A DNA stretch of 64,000 bases, from contig CACHRR010000001.1 in NCBI GenBank assembly GCA_902582355.1, positions 170,236-234,235 of the forward strand, in the 5' to 3' direction. Source of the stretch: an uncultured SAR86 cluster bacterium. GTDB lineage: Bacteria > Pseudomonadota > Gammaproteobacteria > Magnimaribacterales > D2472. Positions 60,831-64,000 of the stretch are shown here, in pieces (within the stretch, counting starts at the first letter, position 1; each line of letters opens with the position of its first letter). The notes under the pieces were generated by a model. It worked only from the letters and a program-made list of their open reading frames with translations. It was not told the DNA's origin and did not search any database. The position numbers and the translations under genes were made by a program.

Positions 60831-62009
60831 ATGGCAGAGAAAGCATATATTGTAGAAGCAGTTAGAACAGCTGGTGGTAAAAGAGATGGGAATCTAAGTC
60901 TATGGCATCCAGCAGATTTGGGTGCAAAAGTTCTTGATGAAATTGTTTTGAGATTGGATATGGATCCTGCTCTTGTAGATGATGTTATTTTTGGATGTGT
61001 TGACCAGGTTGGTGCTCAATCTGGAAATGTTGCTAGAAATGCAGTCTTATCATCATCTTTTCCCGAATCTGTTCCCGGTACTTCCGTAGATAGACAATGT
61101 GGATCTTCACAACAAGCAATACATTTTGCAATTCAGGCAGTAATGTCTGGTACTCAAGATATTGTTATTGGTGGCGGAGTTGAAGTTATGTCTTTAGTGC
61201 CAATTGGGGCATCTGTAACTGATGGAATGAAAGCTGGTCATGGTTTTCCATTTGATTCAAATGGAATGAAAGTAAGATATCCCGATGTCTTTTTCTCTCA
61301 ATTTACAGGAGCAGAGCTTGTGGCTGATAAGTGGAACTTATCTCGTCAAGATCTTGATGAATTTGCATTTGAAAGTCATCGAAAAGCTGCACATGCAACT
61401 AAAACAAAATATTTTGATAGAGAAATTTTGCCAGTTGAAGGAAAGAATGCTGAAGGAATTAATGATATGGTGATTGCTGATGAGGGCATTAGATTTGACG
61501 CAAGTTTAGATAAGCTAGCTGGATTGAACCCAGTTACAGAAGGTGGAGTAATTACTGCAGGAAACGCAAGTCAAATAACCGATGGAGCTGCAGCTGTTCT
61601 TATTTGTAATAATGCAGGCTTAAAGAAAATACAATCAAATCCAAGAGCTGAAATAGTTTCAATTTCAGTTGTTGGAGATGATCCTGTATTCATGCTAACT
61701 GGTCCAATTCCTGCTTCAATTAAAGCTTTAAAAAATGCAAATTTATCAATTGATGATATTGATTTATATGAAGTAAATGAGGCTTTTGCTCCTGTTCCTC
61801 TTGCTTGGGCTGAGGAACTTAAAGCAGATAGATCAAAATTAAATGTTAATGGTGGCGCAATGGCTCTTGGGCATCCACTTGGAGCAACTGGTGCAAAGCT
61901 TATGACTACTCTTTTACATGAAATGGAAAGAAGAGAATCAAATTATGGCCTTCAAGCAATCTGTGAGGGTGGTGGAACTGCTAATGCCACAATTATAAAA
62001 AGATTATAG
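60831..62009 (+). CDS. Acetyl-CoA C-acetyltransferase / thiolase
   Basis: Active-site Cys region VDRQCGSSQQA, NVNGGAMALGHPLGATG, and C-terminal CEGGGTANA. Confidence 0.92.
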   Translation: MAEKAYIVEAVRTAGGKRDGNLSLWHPADLGAKVLDEIVLRLDMDPALVDDVIFGCVDQVGAQSGNVARNAVLSSSFPESVPGTSVDRQCGSSQQAIHFAIQAVMSGTQDIVIGGGVEVMSLVPIGASVTDGMKAGHGFPFDSNGMKVRYPDVFFSQFTGAELVADKWNLSRQDLDEFAFESHRKAAHATKTKYFDREILPVEGKNAEGINDMVIADEGIRFDASLDKLAGLNPVTEGGVITAGNASQITDGAAAVLICNNAGLKKIQSNPRAEIVSISVVGDDPVFMLTGPIPASIKALKNANLSIDDIDLYEVNEAFAPVPLAWAEELKADRSKLNVNGGAMALGHPLGATGAKLMTTLLHEMERRESNYGLQAICEGGGTANATIIKRL

Positions 62010-62031
62010 GTAATTTTTTTAGATGATTGAA

Positions 62032-62760
62032 TTATTTATCTTTTTCCCAATCAAACTTTGGTAACTCTTTAAAGAGATTTCTTAATCCCTCTGACCATTT
62101 ACTTGATAAATCAGAGAAAAAGGGTGTTTTAAATTGAAGATGCTCTTCCTGTGAAATTTGTAGTGAATCTTTTTTGTATACTATTAAATCAATTGGTGGA
62201 CCGACCGTTAGGTCACTTTTCATTGTTGAATCAAAAGAAACGAGCGCACATCTTGCTGCGTCTCCTAATTCAGTTTCGTTCCTGATTAGCCTGTCAAGTA
62301 TAGGTTTACCATATTTAGTTTCACCTAGCTGAAAAAAGGGTTTGATTTCAGACGCTCTTATGTAATTACCTACTGGATAAACCATCATTAAGTCAGGTTC
62401 TTGTCCCTGTATTTGTCCTCCAATAATAAAATTGGAACCAAGATGTGTATTAAATGAAATCCCATCTGTTTTTGAATGATTCCAAGAAATTTGACCAACA
62501 TAATCGGCGATTTCATCAAAATTTTTACATGTATTTAGACTATTAGTTATATTATTAGAATTAATATCATTTTTGAGGGTTTTAAAAACATGTTGAGAGG
62601 TAGATAAATTTCCAGATGTAACAATCACAATACATCTATCACCAACAGCATGGGTAAACATTTTTTTATATGTAGAAACATTATCAAGGCCGGCATTAGT
62701 TCTTGAGTCTGATACCATAACAATACCATCATCCATCTTCATCCCTACGCAATAAGTCAT
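62032..62760 (-). CDS. Anbu-type proteasome beta-subunit homologue (Ntn hydrolase)
   Basis: MTYCVGMKMDDGIVMVSDSRTNAG. Thr would be exposed after Met removal, as in Anbu/HslV/20S beta subunits. Start set at ATG 62758-62760 rather than the ORF-track 62805. Adjacent to a cpATP-grasp gene. Confidence 0.78.
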   Translation of the reverse strand: MTYCVGMKMDDGIVMVSDSRTNAGLDNVSTYKKMFTHAVGDRCIVIVTSGNLSTSQHVFKTLKNDINSNNITNSLNTCKNFDEIADYVGQISWNHSKTDGISFNTHLGSNFIIGGQIQGQEPDLMMVYPVGNYIRASEIKPFFQLGETKYGKPILDRLIRNETELGDAARCALVSFDSTMKSDLTVGPPIDLIVYKKDSLQISQEEHLQFKTPFFSDLSSKWSEGLRNLFKELPKFDWEKDK

Positions 62761-62944
62761 AATAATTAATTTTTCGTGATTAGGTATTCTATATTTATAT
62801 AACAAAAAAATACATAATAATGATTATCTTTATGCCTTCTCTTTGTTACAGTATTAAAATCGTTCATCTTTTAATAAAAGACGGAAGTAGGTTAGAACCG
62901 AAGGAACGCAATTTTTTCATCTAAGACCACTTTTATTATTAGAC

Positions 62945-64000
62945 ATGGATAGTGTAATAATGAAAAATCAGAATACTCAAAATAATAATTTTTATGATGA
63001 ATATCTTAGTGATAAAAATAAACCACGAAGATTATTTTCAAGCGCCTTTAATTATTTTTTTAAACATAGTCCATCCAAAAAAAAATTATTAGCAAAAGTA
63101 AGAGACTCATTCATTAAAACAATGGGAGTAACTTTTAGGGTTTATGATAACAATGAGCTTATTGATAGAGAGTGGCCTTTAGACTTAATACCTAGGATAT
63201 TAAAAGAAAAGGAGTGGATCGAAGTTAAAATTGGATTAGAGCAAAGAATCAAAGCAATTAATCTCTTTATTCATGATGTATATCATAAACAAAAATTCCT
63301 TAATCAAAACCCTATTTTGAAATCATTGATTTTAGAGTCACCAAATTATTTAAAAGAATGTTCAGGTGTAGTTCCTAAAAATAAGATATGGGCCAATATT
63401 TCTGGAACAGACTTAATAAAAGATCACAGGGGAAAGTTTTATGTTTTGGAAGACAATTTAAGAGTTCCATCGGGTGTGGCATATATGTTAGAAAATAGAA
63501 ATGTTATGAAGAAAGTTGTAACAGATCTTTTTAATAAATATAAAGTGTTACCAATTGATGATTACACTTCTCAGCTTTATACGTGTCTTTCAAATGCTAG
63601 TTATAAAAATGATTATAAAAAAAATATAGTTATTTTAAGTCCTGGAGTATTTAATTCAGCTTATTTTGAACATGCTTACTTGGCACAACAAATGGGTATT
63701 GAGCTTGTTGAATCAGCAGATTTATTTTTATCAAAAGACAATTTCGTATATATGAAAACTATTAACGGAAAAAAGAAAGTAGATGTAATTTATAGGAGAG
63801 TGAATGATAACTATTTAGATCCAAAAGTATGGGTTAAGGACTCTATTTTAGGAGTTCCCGGAATAGTTAACTCATGGAAAGAGAAAAAGGTAGCAATTGT
63901 AAATGCACCTGGATCAGGAGTTGCAGATGACAAAGCTGTATATGCTTTTGTTCCTAGAATGATTGAATATTACTTGGGTGAAAAACCTAAATTAAAACAA
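62945..64000 (+). CDS. Circularly permuted type-2 ATP-grasp protein (DUF404/DUF407 family), N-terminal 352 codons; continues beyond the window
   Basis: Own translation (not in the ORF track because no stop is reached): MDSVIMKNQ...REWPLDLIPRIL..EW..V..GL.QR..A.N.F..D.Y...ISGTDLIKDHRGKFYVLEDNLRVPSGVAYMLENR...VNAPGSGVADDKAVYAFVPRMIEYYLGE. Confidence 0.8.
   Translation, partial: MDSVIMKNQNTQNNNFYDEYLSDKNKPRRLFSSAFNYFFKHSPSKKKLLAKVRDSFIKTMGVTFRVYDNNELIDREWPLDLIPRILKEKEWIEVKIGLEQRIKAINLFIHDVYHKQKFLNQNPILKSLILESPNYLKECSGVVPKNKIWANISGTDLIKDHRGKFYVLEDNLRVPSGVAYMLENRNVMKKVVTDLFNKYKVLPIDDYTSQLYTCLSNASYKNDYKKNIVILSPGVFNSAYFEHAYLAQQMGIELVESADLFLSKDNFVYMKTINGKKKVDVIYRRVNDNYLDPKVWVKDSILGVPGIVNSWKEKKVAIVNAPGSGVADDKAVYAFVPRMIEYYLGEKPKLKQ

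Noticed and set aside
62761-62805. 15-codon upstream extension of the Anbu ORF (MLYKYRIPNHEKLII), considered as a possible propeptide.
   Set aside because: As far as I recall, Anbu proteins begin directly with M-T-Y-C, so that Thr1 is exposed by Met removal. A Met-Thr junction is not a typical autoprocessing site. It remains only an alternative start.

Overview
This window is very AT-rich and almost entirely coding. It looks like core genome from a streamlined gammaproteobacterium. The gene order reads as several Pseudomonas/E. coli-type synteny blocks joined end to end:
- prs-tRNA(Gln)-ispE-lolB / hemA-prfA-prmC
- gatCAB / mreBCD-yhdP-like
- mgtE-rpoN-lptB-lptA-kdsD / mlaC-ibaG-murA
- degS / zapE-rplM-rpsI-petABC-sspA
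- lpoA-like / rsmI-rnpB-dcw cluster
- rpsF-rpsR-rplI-dnaB-alr
- pyrG-kdsA-eno-ftsB-ispDF-surE-pcm-DUF368 / fdx / recA-thiolase
- an Anbu protease / circularly permuted ATP-grasp locus at the 3' edge

I support about 70 CDSs, one tRNA-Gln, RNase P RNA, a LexA box, a putative MraZ operator, three candidate promoters and one clear terminator. I saw no CRISPR array, transposase, integrase, prophage or defence-island content, and no obvious novel multi-gene system.

The observations most worth a second look are:
- ftsZ sits between mraZ and rsmH instead of after ftsA.
- The Anbu / cpATP-grasp locus, whose function has not been shown experimentally, has a divergent layout here.
- A 7Fe ferredoxin is fused to an unassigned C-terminal domain.
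- MurD is unusually short and has a Gly-to-Arg change in its P-loop.
- Conserved neighbours are missing from their expected positions: lptC, kdsC, mlaFEDB, rpoS, nlpD, mutS and recX.
- Three divergent gene pairs have start codons that abut or overlap.

All calls come from reading the ORF translations and the DNA by eye. No database searches were run.
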